DNA from: an uncultured virus (IMG/VR IMGVR_UViG_3300031539_000003)
Lineage: Duplodnaviria; Heunggongvirae; Uroviricota; Caudoviricetes
Length of the DNA stretch: 64,000 bases
Virus record (IMG/VR): IMGVR_UViG_3300031539_000003
Strand: one strand, 5' to 3'
Under the pieces are notes generated by a model. It saw only the letters and a list, made by a program, of their open reading frames with translations. It was not told the origin of the DNA and made no database searches. Of this stretch, positions 13,213 to 27,532 are shown in pieces. The stretch's first letter is position 1. Each line of letters begins with the position of its first letter. A program made the position numbers and the translations under genes.

Positions 13213-13422
13213 CTATATTATAATAAGTCTACCCCTCATTTTACCTTTTTCCTCAATGTAAATTGTTGCACCTTCTTTTTCTATCTCCATAAACTTCTTC
13301 ACAAGTCTTACTGAAATAGCAATTGCCTGCGCTCTGCTTCCAAGATCCATTTTATCCTGAATAATTCTAAGGTTTTTCAAGGCTGTATCACTAAGTCTTA
13401 CATTAACTTGTTCTTCTGCCAT
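13213..13422 (-). CDS. Ribbon-helix-helix (CopG/Arc-like) regulator
   Basis: MAEEQVNVRLSDTALKNLRIIQDKMDLGSRAQAIAISVRL beta-helix-helix pattern; likely start 13422. Confidence 0.55.
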   Translation of the reverse strand: MAEEQVNVRLSDTALKNLRIIQDKMDLGSRAQAIAISVRLVKKFMEIEKEGATIYIEEKGKMRGRLIII

Positions 13423-16400
13423 TAAATTTCCCTTTTGAATCCGGTAAATTAAGTTCCATAAAAACACTGTCATCTTCGGGACAGCTCAAAGATATTTTAT
13501 CAAAATGCCACGCATAACAACCGCCATCCTGACATACTACTGCCATAACTTCCTTTTCTTCCATCTTATTATCTTTAATAAAATCTATAACTTCTTGACC
13601 ATTCATTTTTTATTTCCCCTATGATAAGCTGTTCGTATTCCCGCTGGGGTATCTTTTCTTGGTCCCCTCCTTATCGAATTACAACAACTAACTTTTCCAT
13701 TTTTTACTATAATTCGATCCTTTAGCCCCTCGATAGTTGCAATATATTCCCCGTCAGGGATATTGGGGAATTCATTAGGATAATTCTTCTTAAACCATTC
13801 CTTAACAGCATCTATATATCCTGTCATCCACATTCAATCATCCTCCCCAGGTGGTTCGCAACCTTCAACTGGGCCGTCACACTCATCGCATGAAAACTCT
13901 ATACAATAACCAATTGGTGCACAAGTCATACATTGACAATACTGTCCAAAGTAACCCGACTCTTTCCTCGGACACTTAGACCATACTTCCATTTGAGTAC
14001 ACTCAAGAGACAATTTTAATCCATAGAGCAAGTGAAAATAATCCCCAAATTATCAGCATTATAAACTTATGAAATAATGCATCACCATTTGTCGGACACA
14101 TATCTTGAGATGTATCCTTCTCCACTCTATCAACCCTTTCTTTGCTACACCATTCTCTAAACTTATTCATTTATTCTCCAAAATATCTTTAATCTTCATT
14201 TTAAATTCACGCCACTCATCTATTATCTTCCCCAAACGTCTCCATGCATCCTTTTCTATTATTACTCCCTTTTTTGCTTCTTCCTTCGGGTGAGCACACT
14301 CATCATACGCTTTTTCAAACTTATCCATCCACTTCTTAAAATTACCTTCATTATTAACAAATTTAAGTAACGATCCCCATGTAACTTCTTTACTATCTTC
14401 CCACGTAGTTGTACCCATAGACCATATAAACCCCAATTCATTATCATCTAATCCGTGCTCATCCTGATACGCACGAATCATCTCATATACGCTACGACCA
14501 TTTTCATCCGACATACTACCCCCCACTTTCCCTTCTTCTCATTAGACCTATATCAAGATACCTGTATCTCTGACCACATAATACGCAATAATCATCTTCT
14601 TGAAGAATCAAAGTTTCTCGATCTCTACCAACTAATAATAAACCTTTTTTACATACTGGACATTCACTCTTATATATACCATCCCCAAATCGAGTTAACT
14701 CACAATGAGGTATCTGAATTATAGGCTTACTAACATTCTTACAACTTAAATTTTCTCTATTGGTTTTCTTCTCAACTTTCTTAGGCTCAACAGTTTTCTG
14801 TGATTCAACAGTTCTGCCGGTTTTTTTAAAATATTGTTCACGTATTTTTTCGGGAGCAGTTTTCAATTCTACCCCATATTCTTTTTCAATCATCTCTTCA
14901 ACTTCTTCATTAGGATGATGACCACCACCTAATCCTAAAAATCCAGGCTTTTCCAAAGATGGAACTCCATGAGAACAATTATCACATAATGGAGCACCAC
15001 AGACAAATTGACCGGTATGATCGCAAGATCTTGTCGCAATACCTTTGCAACAAACGCAAACTTTCACCTTATGCTTTTCGCAAAATCCTGATTCATCAGC
15101 AGGCTCATTACAAATTCCTATCCACGATTCATTCCATTTACAAGTTTTAATCAACTTTGACATCAACCGTTCCTTTCCCACTACATTCAGGACACCTTCT
15201 AGGTTTCCTGTACCCTATCATTTTCTGTCCCTTACACTTCGGGCAACACTTCTTCTTAAATAGCGGTACCGGTTCAACAGGTTCATCGTCTGGACAAAAG
15301 CATAACATAGCACCATGCCCTCTTGCCTCTGCTTCACGCCTGTTATACTGCCTACCAGTTACCGTTGCCCCACCATGACAATAAAAAGTCATCCCACCAT
15401 AAATAAACGGGACTGGATCTGTAATAACCATTAACAGACCTTTCTATTACGATATTCAGTACGAATTTTTTCTGGTTCACTCATTTCTTTAGTACTTCTA
15501 ATTTGTTTCTTTTTAGGTTTTTCATTTACCTTAATTTTCCCACTCATAACCGAAGGGTCTAAATCCTCTCCACATACAGGACATAAGGCTAAAATGCCTT
15601 TAGGGGATGCAGGCATCGGACGATACAAAAAAGGAACATCATTACTATTTTGGTATGTATCTTGATAATCATTCCAATATGCACTTATCCATTCTCCATC
15701 ATTAAAAAAACAAACCCGCAAACCTTCTGGATTAAAGTCTGCATTAACCCATTTATGATCAAATCCTATTAATTCAACACCCTCAGGAATATTCCCCGAT
15801 ACTACCTGCCTCCACATAATTAATCCCCATTATTCACCGGTAAATATCCCCATGCAACAATTTCTATGGTGTGTAACCTATGCCTAGAAAAACACATATG
15901 CCAGCATTTCTCCATATATCTTCCCTTTCCTTCATCCCAACTATAATAGTCATCCCCATAAAATCCGACCCCATGCCACGTTCCTGTATCAAATAATACC
16001 GGGTCATCTCTATCAGGTAACCCTTTCTCAATAGAATTCATCTCAATTTCCATTATTTCGGTTCCTCTGCCGATATAGAATTTTTAGATGAATCCAAAGC
16101 CTCTCCCAACTTCGTAATAGCATTACCAATTTCTAACGCAAGTGGCCTCAGATCCTTTCTAACTTCATGAAATACTGCATCAGACATCTTATACATTTCA
16201 AAAAGTTTCCCCTGAACATGGGCATCATCCATAGTAGAAAAACCTGCCATCGCATCTTGAACATCAGCAACGCAATCCTCACACTCTTTATTCCCCTTCT
16301 CATACTCTTTACCTTCACAGGCTTCAGGTCCACCACAAATTCCATCTGCTTCTGGGGATATATCCATTTCCTGCTTAATATTCTTATACTTATCGTTCAT

Positions 16401-19400
16401 CTTTTTTTAACCTTTTTTGGTATCACCTCTGTTAACTTCTTTTCCTTAATAAGAAGTTCCAAATAACTTAATCTATATGTACAATAAACCCATCCACCTC
16501 TCCACATTCTATACACAACAATTTCGTCATCTACAACAGCCCTTACGTTAATCATCTTATTATTAATATTATTTGCATTAAAGAATATTCGATACTTTTT
16601 ACCCTTCTTGATTTTCACACTTTTCCCCTGACAATTGGCATAGCCATTAGTTTTAACTCTTCTTCAGAAAACTCTCCATCAAAAACCTGCCGATTAATCC
16701 AAGTCTCTTTATATCTTGGTTCTTTCTCTACCCTTAAAATAGAAACCCATATTTCTTCATCAGTTCTTGTGTCTTTTGCTCCATGAAGACTATATCTATA
16801 TCTCTGCACCCTTTCTTTTGCTACTTTCCTTAACATCATATAGACCTACCTTCATCCCTAGTCAACTGGCTCATTTAACTTAGATGGCAAGTATATTCCT
16901 GACAAACAAAGTTCATCAATATTATTGAGATACTTCCCGTTATCAAGCTTAACAGTACAATACACATTCCCATGAAGATCCGAATGAGCATGTGTTATCG
17001 TTCCAGCCGGAGTACTCCTTGCTCTTTGCACCTTTACTTTCTTCCCCTTAAAAAGAAATGCCCTTTTATTGACAGCTTCTCTCCACTCCTTTTGTTTTTT
17101 CTCCTTTACCATCTCTTCCTTTTTAACCTTCGTTCTTCTCCGTTTTTCAGCACGCTCCCATTTGTCGTATTTATCTTTATCTTTCAAGACAAAACCCCAT
17201 ACAAACATATCTTGAAAATCATTACGATGAAAAGAAACACCAAAAGGAATACCCATACCTATAGGCATTGGAACATGACTTGTTGGAGAACCAGATGGCT
17301 CATACCCCCGTTTCATTAAGTTATTCCCATGCTCTATAATTTGTTTTTGAGTTCCAGTTATCACTTCACATAAATTCATACCGATACTCCTTAACATCGT
17401 AATAATCTCCTACTAAAGGTGGCCATAACCACACCTTTTTATACTGTTGTGGCCACTTCTAATTGCTTCCTTATCATACTTTTGTTTTCTAACAACAAAA
17501 ACTCATTAGGTGGGCTTCCTAATATCTCATCCAATTGCTGTGCTATATTTACCATTTCTTTATAATGAGCTTTTGAATACTCTATTTTAAGTTTTATATC
17601 ATTTGTCCCATTAAATCTATCAAACCAATAAAACATTGTATCACGGGAATTCCCACAGACTTTTAACACCTTCAGTATTATCCTTGTCTCTTGATTAATA
17701 GGATATTCTTTTAAGTATAAATGTGAAGCAATATCTTCTACTAAATATGACAATCCTGTAAAAGAGATAGAGATAATAGTTTTTACTCCAGCAGCTTCAC
17801 ATATCTTCTTTAAATCATTCTCAATATCTTTCGTCCCTTTTTTGGGCAATGTTTTAATATAATCAACCATCATTGATTCCCTTAAAGTAAATATTAATAC
17901 CCAGGATCAGAATACTCATCTAATCTAGGATCATATTCCAATCCAGCATTTTCTAAATTATTTTTTATTTGCTCTATATCATTTAAATCACCGACATAAT
18001 CAAACATGCACTCACTGCTTTCATCCAAATCATTATCATCTATGATTATATCTAAATCATCATCCACCCCTACAAGGTGCTGATCATGATCTTCTTCGAT
18101 TAATTTAATACATACTCCAATATTCCCGCTATCACTCTTCATTATTCCAAATTCAGCTTTTTTCATTTTTGTATGGTTTTATTCCAAAATATTCTTCTTT
18201 AAGTTCAAAATAATCTATATATCTACTCATTATTTATTGACCATATCTCTGCGTTATTTCACTACATTGCCCTAAACATACAGTTTCCCCTCTTACTTCA
18301 TTAATTTCACTATCTGGCTTTATTTTATGGCAAACATTACAAAGAATGCCTCCATCATTAAATTTTCTTATTGCAACATCACATTCAAGTGCATCTTTAG
18401 ATAAATGCAATGCCATCTCTTTTGCACAATCAGAATGTAAACCAACCTCAACATGCCCATGCCCTACCCTATCATCTGGTCTCCTTGTATATACCTCTCC
18501 ATGCCAAATTACAAACGGCGCAACTAATAACTCACCACATTTAAAACAATTTCCACCTTCTGAAACACTTCCATCCCATGTATTTACCACAATATACCTC
18601 CCATCAACTACTCATTATGATATAACTCAAACTCACTTCCCTTATCGCAATCTTGACACTTACTACAATTATTTTTGCAATTATTACACACATTGCCATG
18701 CAATTTTACATATTCTACTTTACTTTCACTTCTCAATCCTTCCAATCCCATAATAAAACTATTTATATCATTATTGCAACCACGACTATAAACAGCCTGT
18801 ACCATTGGAAAATAACAATATTGTCTCCACGCCGGATACCACTTAACTACCCCTAGCTCTACTTGACTATTATTATTAAAACAACTCCATACCGTTGTTT
18901 TGGGCTTTTTCTCAATAAGTTTAAAACTAATATATTCATATTCAGTTTTAATGTTTTCCAAAAATACTAATTCGCCCACTATTTCCCACCGAATGCTGTT
19001 GTCCACATTGACTTAGCCCAATCAGGACAATCTTTAAATGATCTTATAAAGTGCACAATTTGATTCCCATACTCATCGTATTCAACAGTCCATGCTAAAG
19101 GAGATTTTCCAGCACTGATAAATTTCCCCTTAAAAAGGAAAAGCCCACATAAACCGATAAAAAGAGGCGTTGCTTTTACAAGCGCCTTACCCACATTTCT
19201 CATTATACTCATTATTCTTTTACCTTCCTAAATTCACAATTATCAACAAACATATTCTTTTTATCACAACATGTTATTTCAATAAAATCGCACATCTTTG
19301 CCTTGTCAGCATTTAGGCAGTCCATACACATATCATGAGCAGCAATTGATCTTTCTTCAAAGCCTCTCCCTATATCTATATGTTCCTGACATGCCTCAGA

Positions 19401-19939
19401 AAACACTTCTAATTTTCCGAAACAACTCATATCTTTACCATCATAAGTAAATTTCTTACAACAAAAACAACGTTCAGAACACCATTCCAATGCATCCTCT
19501 TTACAACAAAATTCAAGAAAATCGGCTTGACCTTTTGCGCTGTTGAAGTACTTCTCTCCATCTACTCCATATTTTTTAAGCTCACGTAAGCTCTCTTCAA
19601 TCATTGGTATCTCTACATCTATTCTTTCCTGTATAAACTTTGATTTACTCAACTTGATTAGTTTCTCAAACCGTTCACGCCTTCTAACTCTTCTAAAAAA
19701 CATTTCCACCAGAGATACTGGTACTTCTACCGTCCCCATGTTACCATTCTCCTCCTATTATAAGTTTCCCTTATGTCCTTTGGTGAACTATACTCAGGAG
19801 GTCTATACCCTGGGCAATCTTCCGGACAAACATCAATCAAATCACCATTATCAATCGCCGGACAATTACCGGAGATACCTATTCTCTCGCATGCAGTCAT
19901 CATTGCATAATTAATATTATCAGCCATTAGGACAATCTC

Positions 19940-20614
19940 TCATTTTCCATCCCTTATCAATTGTTTATTCCTAAATATCGCCTGTGAATTAAATCCTGGA
20001 TCATTCAATGATATATCTGTACACTCAGCACATTGACCATCAAACATATTCCTATCAACAGTTATATCTTTATTCCCACAACCACTACATTCATAATAAG
20101 AAACAACATTAAATTGATGACATATTGGTAATGCCCCACGCTTATTGACAACAACGGTTAATATCCCCTCAACATCAGTATCGTTAGAATCAAGTGAAAC
20201 ACTGTATGTCCCATTATCGTTACAAGAAGCACAACCAACATTATTTTTAGATTCAAAACCTGACCCATTTTTAAAAATCTTAATTTCTTCCCTAATTATA
20301 GATAAGTCCGTTAATACTGTTGATCCATCTGTTTCATCAATAAATGTGCCAATATTTATGTCACACGGTTGACCTTTATCAATATTTGTAGAAATAGTAG
20401 AATTAAGTTTTATAGCATCTTCTGTCACCTTTTCTGATTCCAGTTGACACCGCTTCTTTTTGCCTATCCTTAAACTTTTTTCCCTTATGTCAATTATATG
20501 TTGATAATTATTTTTATATTCAACTCCATAGGCAATTTTTTCGTCAGACTTATCTTGCTGTGCCTTCATAAGGTTAAATTCATGTTCCATTAATTCACCT
20601 GACAAGCCAGACAT
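19940..20614 (-). CDS. Mosaic protein with a central beta-rich phage virion-type domain and a C-terminal Zn ribbon
   Basis: IGTFIDETDG...IKIFKNG...NGTYSVSLDSNDTDVEGIL...GALPICHQFNVV, followed by CSGC...CAEC. Confidence 0.4.
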   Translation of the reverse strand: MSGLSGELMEHEFNLMKAQQDKSDEKIAYGVEYKNNYQHIIDIREKSLRIGKKKRCQLESEKVTEDAIKLNSTISTNIDKGQPCDINIGTFIDETDGSTVLTDLSIIREEIKIFKNGSGFESKNNVGCASCNDNGTYSVSLDSNDTDVEGILTVVVNKRGALPICHQFNVVSYYECSGCGNKDITVDRNMFDGQCAECTDISLNDPGFNSQAIFRNKQLIRDGK

Positions 20615-20975
20615 TGTTATCCCCTTCGACTCGCTTCCCTTATTTCCCTTACAGGATCATCTGCAATCTCCTGATTATATATCTCCAATGCCTTACCTAA
20701 TACATCAACAGGAACATTCTGGACCATAAAGCCGATATCTCTAGCTGACTGCTCCAATGCCTTCTTAAATTTAGTCCCCATTTCATCTCTTTCAGCAGAT
20801 ACGACAAATTCCATTGTTTTATTAAGTACAGATGTACGCTTTGGAACATTATCGGTTTCATACAATAACATTACAATCTTCCCAGGCTTTACATTAACAT
20901 CACCCGGGACTCTCAAAGTTATAGAGTTTCCGGTAACAACTTCTACGTCACACCACCCGTTATAAATAGACATAT

Positions 20976-21686
20976 TTATTCCTTGTAACCAATAACTTCA
21001 ACACCACCATCTTCATAGAACCAGTCAAACATATTTCTTCTTAATTTCGCTCTCCATGTTTTATTTTCTTCCTTGCGCCTCAGATTATAAAAAACAACAC
21101 CTTCGGCAAGTACCTTCTCACCTTCACCAACTGCTGTCTGCTTTGCATGAAACCGTGAGATAAGCCACTCCCTGAACCACGCACTCCAATTCTCAAATGT
21201 CCTATCGTGCTCATGGAAAGAACGATACTTCAAATCCTTAATTGCTTTCGTAAAAGGATACCATAAATGATTATTGAGTTTATATGGATTACCCTGTAAC
21301 TTCGGGCCAATAACTTCCCCTACCTGCTCCCCATCGGCTTCTACATAACCTTTCTGAATAGCCATAAAAATCCCCTCAATAATAAATGTCTTTCCCTTTA
21401 TAATCTGAAGAGGATCCATAATATTCTTCCTATTTTGCAATCCGACAAGCCGACCATCATCTGTCTTTAATTTAACATTTGTTCCATTAAGCTTTTCAGT
21501 AGCAAAAGTATCTTTATCTTCAAAAACCCATTCATATCCAGGATTAACTTCATCAACAACAAGCCTTACCTCCGGAACTCTAAGCTCAAGTTTACTGCCA
21601 TGCGCTAAAAAATCCTGCTCATTAACCTTAAAGTCTTTCCTTACAAAAGGACATTCTAGTTTAGGATAATCTGTCATTTCTTCCAT
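20976..21686 (-). CDS. ATP-dependent RNA ligase-like nucleotidyltransferase
   Basis: Motif I TEKLNGTN, motif III GEVIG, motif IV AEGVVF, motif V RAKLR; no OB domain. Confidence 0.7.
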   Translation of the reverse strand: MEEMTDYPKLECPFVRKDFKVNEQDFLAHGSKLELRVPEVRLVVDEVNPGYEWVFEDKDTFATEKLNGTNVKLKTDDGRLVGLQNRKNIMDPLQIIKGKTFIIEGIFMAIQKGYVEADGEQVGEVIGPKLQGNPYKLNNHLWYPFTKAIKDLKYRSFHEHDRTFENWSAWFREWLISRFHAKQTAVGEGEKVLAEGVVFYNLRRKEENKTWRAKLRRNMFDWFYEDGGVEVIGYKE

Positions 21687-23063
21687 TGTTATTAATCTCC
21701 TTTTCCAAATTTATTTTTCTTCCATTTATGTAAATCAAAATCTTTTTCAAATGTTTCAAATACACACTCTCCATACCCTTCATACAACCCCTCATGTTGC
21801 GTTATTACTGATACTGGGATGCGTTTATTAATATCAATAAACACAGCATATGCAGGCTTAAAGTCTGCCGACAATGGGTCATCGTCAAACACTCTCCCAC
21901 AACTATACCCAACACCATTTAAAGTTGCTGAAATATTTAAAGATTCCAATATCTCTTTTGCCCTTTTTTGCATAGCATCGAAATCTATATCATCCATGCT
22001 CTCGATATCTTCAACACCAGTCATTATAACAAGTTCTGGTGGATCATCATCATCGAAACATATAAAAAAATCAGACCCACTAATAGTCGGGTCTTTATAA
22101 AACTCATTGTCATCTGCTAAAACATATGTAGGCACAAGGCTCATTAGCTGCTCCCATGATCGGATAAATCGTATATACTATACGGGAATTAATATTACAC
22201 TACATTATATACCTAAACTTTCAAGGTCTAAAGGATCACCACCTGTCACTGCACCATTAGCGTATATCTTATTAATAAAAATATCACGATGATGCCCTTT
22301 CCCCTTTTCTATATAAAGCCCAGCAGTTCTTACTCTATACGATTGGGCCTTTGATAACTTAAAACGCTTACTAATTATTTTCCAGGGGACATCGGTCTCT
22401 ATTAACGTAATAATTATATCTTTATTTTTTCTTGCCATAATGTTTCTTTCTCATTTTTATACATTCAGTAGACCCAAGTTTCTCATTGCAACCACTCGGG
22501 ACATCACAAGTTTCAAAAGAACATTCTTCTGGTAACGGCGGAATTACAGGCTTATCTTTCTGGTCTTCCATCTATTTCCTCATTTCAATGTTGGTTGGTC
22601 TTCTGGGATATTATAATTCTTCTTAAACGTTTTTTTGAACTCTGCAATATAATAAGGATCATTCTTAAGCTTAGCTACGTGGGAATCACCAGACACATAA
22701 TGCAAATTACCATCTGTATCATAAAACTTCCACCCGTCTGTCTGTGAACAACCCTGAACATATCCATCTTCAAGTAACCAATGTCTCATTACTCTTCCAC
22801 CACTATCATCGGTAACAATCCAGTACCCTTTTTTCGCACCCGCAAAAATCTGCTTTCTAAAAAGCTCCCCTTGCGCAGTAACAAAAAATGATGAAATAAT
22901 AATTATAAGACCCAAAAAAGCAATAAAAATACTCCCTGGTCTGTGCAAAACTGCTATATCGTTCTGATTAACAGTCCAACCAACATAAATGCCACCACCG
23001 ATCAACACTAGTATTCCAATAATTAATACTACATAAAACATACGCTACTCCATTCTTTATATA

Positions 23064-23091
23064 AATATAACAAATATATAAAGAAAGTCAA
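23064..23091 (-). promoter_or_regulatory. Sigma70-type promoter with extended -10 (class 1)
   Basis: TTGACT-16-TATATT with TTTGTTATATT; intergenic. Confidence 0.75.
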
Positions 23092-25387
23092 CTTATCTAT
23101 TCGTTCTCCCTATTCAACTCTTGCATTACCCTTGCTGTCCGCCCTCCCTGCTGTTCTTCACTATTTTCTCCCCCATCACCAGACAGTGAATCCATACTAT
23201 CATCGGGATCATCAAACATATCACCACTTCCACCAGTAGACAAATATTTTATCCTCTCAATATATGATTTTACTAACATCTTAAAAGCAACTGCATCATA
23301 AACGGGTGTCAACGGACCTCTACCAGCAAGATTAATGACAGTCCGGGGATCATAAGCAACAATAATACCCAACAAAGAACTTACAGCTTCACTAACACTA
23401 TTTAAACTATTTATAAATTCTGATCCGTAATCAGTACGTCTAACTTGTCCACTCCCATCTGAATCTATCACTGCCTCAATCATATTATCGAAATAATCTC
23501 TACGGACAGAATGATCTTCACGATCCCGTGGAGGTGCAGCAGCAACGGTTCTATCAGATTCAGCAATATCATTCTCAATTTTCAACAATTGTTTTATAAA
23601 TTTCTGAATAGTATTATTACTCATATATCATCCTTAAATCGGCAAAACATACTTATTATTGGTTACTTTTAATTTCCTGCAACAATTTCAAATCACCAAA
23701 CATCATTAATCTTATTTCGTCAATTCCATCTCCGACTTCCTGAGCATGTAACTGGCTTGCCAATGTCTGCAACAATACGAACGCTTCTTTCTTGGTAACC
23801 ACACATTGGATACAAGAATAATCTTTGCCACCATAGTCTTCGACATCTGTATTTAGGGTGTAATTTTTCATAATATCAATCTCCCAACCTGTTTGCCATA
23901 TAACCGAACTATCCTTTTTACCTGTTCAGTCCAAAATGAAAGTTCTTCAAAACCATCTGGGTCAGGATTACCATCAACTTGTAACATTTCCAATTCTTGA
24001 GCAAATACAAAGAATCCATGCCCTGGTCTCATGTCCTCATGATTCACAACAACAGCAGACAATAGCAACCCAGTCTTATCCAACTCAGGCCTATTTGTTT
24101 CACCAGCAAGAATACCGGCATTCAAACCATCAATTTGATCATCTATACTATAGCCTATATTAGCTACAAGGTTCTGATATGTGGTATATGGATTACCACG
24201 TAAAGAACTACTTGAAAATATGCTATTCTTATGCACGTTCTTAATGATAAAGAGCCTCGATGTAGCAATCTCTTCATCTGTAAAAGTTTTAGGTACCATC
24301 CGTTATTCCCTTTCATTTTCTTCTTTACAATGACAAAAATTACCACAACAATTATGTAAAACAGCATGTATACAATCTTCGCATACTTCTAAATTTGAAT
24401 AAAGCATTTCTAAACCTTCTTATTAATTCTCCTCAAAAAAAGACTTGCTTGTCTTTCTGCTTCCTTGACATCTGACCATTTTGACTGACCGTCCAAACTA
24501 ATAACTTCAACATTACCCACTTTGGCATAATAATGCTTACCTCCAGGCCACCTAAAAACGTTAATGTCACTTTTTGTATACTTTTCTGACGGCCATACAA
24601 GGACATTATTCTCACTCGTCTTTAATACCTCATATTCCATACCTACAAGTGGACGAATAGCACCTTCTTCTGTTATAAATATCATCCCCTGATCAAAAAA
24701 ATAATGGGAATATGATCCCAACAACTTATCTGATATAAGAAAACAATCATCAACTACTGTTAACCTATCATCTTGCCTACCATGCAATAAGGTAAACTCT
24801 ACAGCATATTCATCTTCACTTGCACAATGATACCTTATACCCTTTTGTATCTTCTTCTTAATCTTAAAATATTCCCCCATAAGCACCTTAGCGCGACTCA
24901 GCAAAAACTCTTCAAACGTCTCAATATCTGATGTTACAAGTAACCATTCCGTATGATACTTATTTACTTTTGGGTGTATCCTCCACTTAATAAATTGAAA
25001 GTGAAATACCACTAGAGTGTTTGTACATGTTGACATTTCTTAACTCCTTTGACATACCACGTAAATCGCCAAAGCTGTTTTATAATATCCATCTGATCCA
25101 CGAATACTTGTTTTTATATACATATGGTCAAAAACTATCATGCCCACATCCCCACTATAGAAATCGGATCAACTGGCGATTTCTGAAAAAAAGTTAAACC
25201 CCTCGGAATCTTCCCTATTGCTTCTTTAATGGTACTACATTTAGCGAACAATTCCTTATCAGGCACTGGCTCTGACTTACCATTTATAATCCTATGAATC
25301 CTGACAACATACTCATCTGGATAATCAACTGGCTTCTCATATAATATATACATTTGTAATAAACTATCCATCACTTAAACACCTTAG

Positions 25388-25983
25388 TCATTTCATCTCT
25401 CTTATTCTTCTTATAAAAGTAGAATCCCTTAATAATTGACTACAAATACTATCTGCAATAACATTATTATCAACATACATTTTTTCTATTGCAAGTTTTT
25501 GGGTCGAAATAACACCCAATGCTTTTATTGCATAAATCCTCTGCGACGTAGGGTCAGTAACTATTGGCTTTGGGCTAGGCTTATAATATTTAAGTGCAAA
25601 ACATGCTATCGCGCCAATACACATCAGAAGAACACATAATATCATTGCCCAATTTCTCGTCATTATTTTACCTGTTTTATAGTTAACAAATCATCGTTAG
25701 GAATATTAATAAAAGTATTTGCTACTCTATTTAAAAAAACAGAATCCCTTAACATCCTATGATAAAGACTATCTATAATAACATCATTATCTATCGAAAG
25801 TGCTTTAATAGCCTCACTACGATTAGCAGCGGTTGTTATTCCCTGTATAGCATAAATTCTCTGTGCCGTAGGATCGGTAAGTACTGGCACTGGTTCAATA
25901 TGCTTATACTTGACCTTAAAAGACAAATACGCAGCAAAACATAATGCAATAACACATGTTACCATCGCCTTATTTCTATCCAA
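25388..25983 (-). CDS. Tandem pair of paralogous N-terminally membrane-anchored proteins (25388-25663 and 25663-25983)
   Basis: Shared TDPT[SA]QRIYAI...DN[ND]VI[AI]DS...LRDS[TV]F and an N-terminal hydrophobic segment. Confidence 0.75.
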
Positions 25984-26530
25984 ATCAATTCTCCTGACTT
26001 ATAATAGAAGATAATAGTTCTTGGCTCACTTCAACTTCCCACTTCTCAACAACAACATCCATAAATTCACCATCTTTCCATACCTTCACTGCATAAGGTT
26101 CACCTGGAATAATAGGTGGTTCATTACTAAGGTCATCTTCAACCCAATCCCCATAAGACATTACTTCTTCAAACTCTTCATCTCCTGCTATATGCGCATG
26201 TGCTGCTTCAATAGCCTTGTCAAGATCGGTAGTTACAGCAAGGATTGTTGTACTGTCATTTGCTATCCCATGAGTCGTTATATATACCGGTATTTTCATT
26301 TTTTTACATCTCCATATTTTTTGTCGTAAGCATAAAATGCCTCTACCAAAAGTGAAAAACATTTCTCATTACTATATTTCTTAATCAACCGGTCAATAAG
26401 CGGGCTTTTAGCTGGTGACCCAGTATGCATACTCGATACAATAGCATCAATATCTTCTTCACGGGTATACTTACGCCTTCCCATCAGACACCTTCCCTAT
26501 TATTCATATCTTCTCCATTATATTTAATTC

Positions 26531-26559
26531 AATATAACAAAAAAGGTATTCTGGGTCAA
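26531..26559 (-). promoter_or_regulatory. Sigma70-type promoter (class 1)
   Basis: TTGACC-17-TATATT with TTTGTTATATT. Confidence 0.75.
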
Positions 26560-26584
26560 GTTTATAATTATTTACTTAATGTTC

Positions 26585-26604
26585 GATGAATATTATATTA
26601 TTAA
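26585..26604 (+). promoter_or_regulatory. Class-2 promoter-like motif
   Basis: GATGAATATTATATTATTAA upstream of RBS CAGGAG and ATG 26627. Confidence 0.5.
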
Positions 26605-26626
26605 TACTTTTTACAGGAGATATATT

Positions 26627-27532
26627 ATGCAAGAATCAGAAGTTATCATTATAAACGGGATCCCAGAGCAGATTTATAATAACATAGTAGACGAAGCATT
26701 TGCTTACGCAGTAAAATCAATAGCATTCACTTATAATAGGCTCAAGAGAGGACTTATAGAAAGAATAGAATACATCACAAGTGGCAAAATATCAGAAAGT
26801 ATAATATGCTTCTTCCTGCGAGAAAATGGAATTGTAATAGATACTGAATGTTGCAAAACACCATACGAAATACCAGATCGAAACGATTTCATGTACGATG
26901 GGGTAGAATACGATACGAAATGCTATAAATTAAAAAATCAATCATCGGATATCCTTAATGATAATTTATATACAAATCTTCCAGCAGCAATAATGCAGGG
27001 GCAATTCAAAAACATTACATATAATCGAAAAGCAACATCTGCAGCATTCATATTCATGTTCCATAGAAAAGAGTGGAAACCGGTATTTAATATAAATATA
27101 CCAAATGATGTTGCTTCCCAAATAGATTATCTCTACAAAAAATATTATAATAAAGGTATCCCGATAGAAACAAAAGATAGAATGCAAATAAACTCATTCC
27201 CTGGTCGTTGCCAGATCAAACAAAATTACTATTTCTATTACATTATTACTGCCTATGCAAATCTAGTATACGACGGTCAAAAATTTTCTCTCTATGATGC
27301 ATATAGAAAAGGGCGACTCAATTTCGGTAAACATTTCAGTATAATAAAAAACAACTTCATATGCCCACTCACTTACCTTGACTCTTTTGCAAGTCTTTTT
27401 CCACACCAGTTAATTAAAAGAGGAATGAAATACGGCGTATTTAAAACAAATGACTATTCATCGATACTACAACCACCAGTAATCACTGCAGATAGTACAC
27501 CAATAGAATCATCTTTATCAAAACAATTATAA
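26627..27532 (+). CDS. Putative PD-(D/E)xK nuclease (restriction-endonuclease-like)
   Basis: GKISE helix followed by PDRNDFMYDGVEYDTK; likely start 26627 given the RBS. Confidence 0.45.
   Translation: MQESEVIIINGIPEQIYNNIVDEAFAYAVKSIAFTYNRLKRGLIERIEYITSGKISESIICFFLRENGIVIDTECCKTPYEIPDRNDFMYDGVEYDTKCYKLKNQSSDILNDNLYTNLPAAIMQGQFKNITYNRKATSAAFIFMFHRKEWKPVFNINIPNDVASQIDYLYKKYYNKGIPIETKDRMQINSFPGRCQIKQNYYFYYIITAYANLVYDGQKFSLYDAYRKGRLNFGKHFSIIKNNFICPLTYLDSFASLFPHQLIKRGMKYGVFKTNDYSSILQPPVITADSTPIESSLSKQL

Noticed and set aside
2865..21686. Pnkp/Rnl RNA-repair operon from the HAD phosphatase and RNA ligase
   Set aside because: The genes are 18 kb apart and no polynucleotide kinase domain was found; the link is unsupported.
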